A stretch of DNA of 64,000 nt from Narcine bancroftii (lineage: Eukaryota), in assembly GCF_036971445.1 (NCBI RefSeq), contig NC_091473.1, positions 255,068,001 through 255,132,000 on the forward strand, given 5' to 3'. The notes under the pieces are model-generated. The model did no database searches and was not told the DNA's origin. It saw only the letters and a program-made list of their open reading frames with translations. The position numbers were made by a program, and so were the translations under genes. Shown here in pieces: positions 61,875 to 64,000 of the stretch (positions are counted from its first letter, which is position 1; the number at the start of each line of letters is the position of its first letter).

Positions 61875-62550
61875 AGAACCATAGAATGTTATAGCACAGA
61901 AAGACAGGCCATTCAACCCTTCTGGTCTGTGCCAACTAATAAAACTTCCTGGTCCCACTGACCTACTCTCATTCCATAACCCTCCAGACCTCTCTTATCT
62001 ATGTATTGATCCAATTTATTTTTAAAACTCAAGATTGAATCTGCATTCACTACATCAGATCGTAGCTCAATCTACTCTGTCTATACCCCTCATAATCTTA
62101 TAAACCTCGATCAAGTCTCTCCTCATCCTTCTTCGTTCCAAGGAGTAGAGTCCTAACCTGTTTAATCTTTCCCGGAAACTCAACTCCTGAAGACCCGGCA
62201 ACATCCTTGTAAATCTTCTCTGAACTTTTTCAATCTTATTGATATTCTTCCTGCTGCTGGGTGACCAGAACTGCACACAATGTGGCCTCACCAATGACTT
62301 GAATAACTTCGACGTAACATCCCAACTCCTATACTCAACACTTCGATTTATAAAAGCTAAGATGCCAAAATCTTTCTTTACAACCCTGTCTACCCGTGAC
62401 GCTACCTTCAGGGAACAATGTACCTGTATTCCCAATTTCTCTGCTACTCCACACTCCTCAATGCCTGACCATTTACTGTGTACATTCTACCTGGATTCAC
62501 TCTTCCAAAGGGCAACACCTCACACTTATCTGCATTCAATTCCATCAGTT
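61875..62550 (-). mobile_element. CR1 3' portion
   Basis: GILAFINRSVEYRSWDV...IEKVQRRFTRMLPGL...RGIDRVD. Confidence 0.92.
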
Positions 62551-64000
62551 ATTTACTGGGCAATTGATCCCTCTACAAGCGTACCCATAGACATCATCAA
62601 GGGACCCCCGCCCCTCCTTGACCCCTGCCCCCTCCATGACCCCCACCCCCTCCCCTTCCTTGACCCCTGCCCCTGTTGTTCCTGTAAATGCCTGCTGCCC
62701 AATGAAGTGAAAGTGCATCCCGCAGCCCCTCACGTGGCCGGGCGGAAGTGGAGCAGCAGCTGCCAACCCGTGTGGGATGGGACTGGCCCCAAAGTCCTTA
62801 TCTCCCCTCCCTCCCTCCCTCCCTCCTCCGGCATCTGGTTACCCCGCCCCTCCTCACCTTCCATGTTCTCCTGTTGAGAACCTGTGGCCAGTGGGGAGAC
62901 CATGAGAACATTGGCTGCCGGCCCCACACTTGCTGAATCCAACCCACTACATGTATGGTCGCGTAAAACTGGGAATAATCCATCAGCCGCTGATTCTTCG
63001 GCCTCCTCATGCAGTTGGGGGTGAACTGAAGCGTCTATCCCTACTGGATAGACGAGGCTGGCCCGCCCACTAATGACTCTTCCCTTAAGTCTCCTCCCCT
63101 TTTGCCCTGGCCATATAGGTCCTGTACCTGGATCCGGGCCAGCCAAAGTCTTGTGTGCATTAAAGTCTATTGCTCCTGCAACCTATGACTTGAGGTTATC
63201 GATCGAGCCGACCAGAGGAGTTGCTGTGAGCCTTCCAGGGGTCCAGGCGTGTGTGATGTGCTGGCTTCAGGCTGGGCCGCTCACTGACTGGTCTCCAAGA
63301 GAGAGTTCCCACTGCAATCAGATGATAAAATGTTCCTCTCCCACTGTCCACCACACCCACAGACACCAGCAAAGTAACAAGTGGTTCCACAGAACTGCAT
63401 ATCTCCTACCTATTGCCACTGAAACAACTGAGGGGAGAGTCCCTGTTCCTGTATTATTGAACGGTGACAAATGATTCTTGTTAATTGTCTGGCTCCATCA
63501 CTAAACAATCCATCAACACCAATTCACTGATCAAACTGATTATTTCGTCTTCATAAGTTTCATTCATGAGTAAAAAGTTGAATTGATTTCCCTGAGAGAT
63601 TTCGACTCACACCCACTGTCAACCCATGCGCCCCAATTTCTCAGATCAGTCTGAATTAGTGGAAAGGTTGATATCACCGTGTCACTTCTGCTGTCTCCTG
63701 TAACTCACTTTGACAACAGGAGCCACGGTGCAGGTGGTCCGACCACTCACTGACCTGGGCTCAGGTGTCTCCCTCAGGATAAGTTGCTTTTGTTGGGACG
63801 TGGACTCTTGCGCAGTTGGAGCCAGGGGCGACGGGCAGGATGGTTTGGGAGGTGATCCATTCATTCCGGTCTTTACTGCCTGAGTTGGGGGGGGATGTTG
63901 ATGTCCCATTCCCCCTTCCTACACAGATAAAACTTCCTTTCCACAGGAACACAGTAACAATGCCCCTGAAACTGCCTTCAATCAGATCCAGACAGACCTC

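Noticed and set aside
62585-63420. GC-rich region with several ORFs over 130 aa
   Set aside because: Low-complexity and no motif recognised; probably an unclassified transposon fragment

Overview
Eukaryotic, repeat-rich vertebrate DNA, most consistent with an elasmobranch (ray/shark): HE1/V-SINEs, CR1, Rex1/Babar and RTE-BovB LINEs, and Penelope-like hairpins. It has three assembly gaps. The main result is a complete five-exon interleukin-10-family cytokine gene on the minus strand that the ORF track does not show because it is spliced: join of 15354-15500, 14749-14811, 13007-13159, 9167-9244, 8972-9061. All introns are GT-AG and phase 0, giving 176 aa: MKSVTLVLCTLISIQCHYCHSSQLCFNYAIFPAHIEELRTSYHKIRVHF/QEKDGNFKTILLKPRDLPGFT/DIHSCQFLKEMLNFYLIDVIPAAKTHGHSLRRNISKIANTLHELNENVQHC/RMFFNCDLCSCKPSPHFQKIQRIFKQ/LQVRGVYKAMGELNVFVDWVWKYINMRRN. 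The protein mixes IL-10-like and IL-20-like features and carries an extra CxC in an enlarged exon 4. The rest is nested mobile DNA: near-identical young RTE-BovB copies, a decayed hAT transposase, hAT MITEs with 8-bp TSDs, an internally deleted Gypsy element, several solo LTRs, an env-only ERV remnant, and an unusual TG...CA element with about 220-bp inverted termini and a 4-bp TSD. Repeat boundaries without a stated TSD are approximate, and family names come from motif recognition, not database searches.
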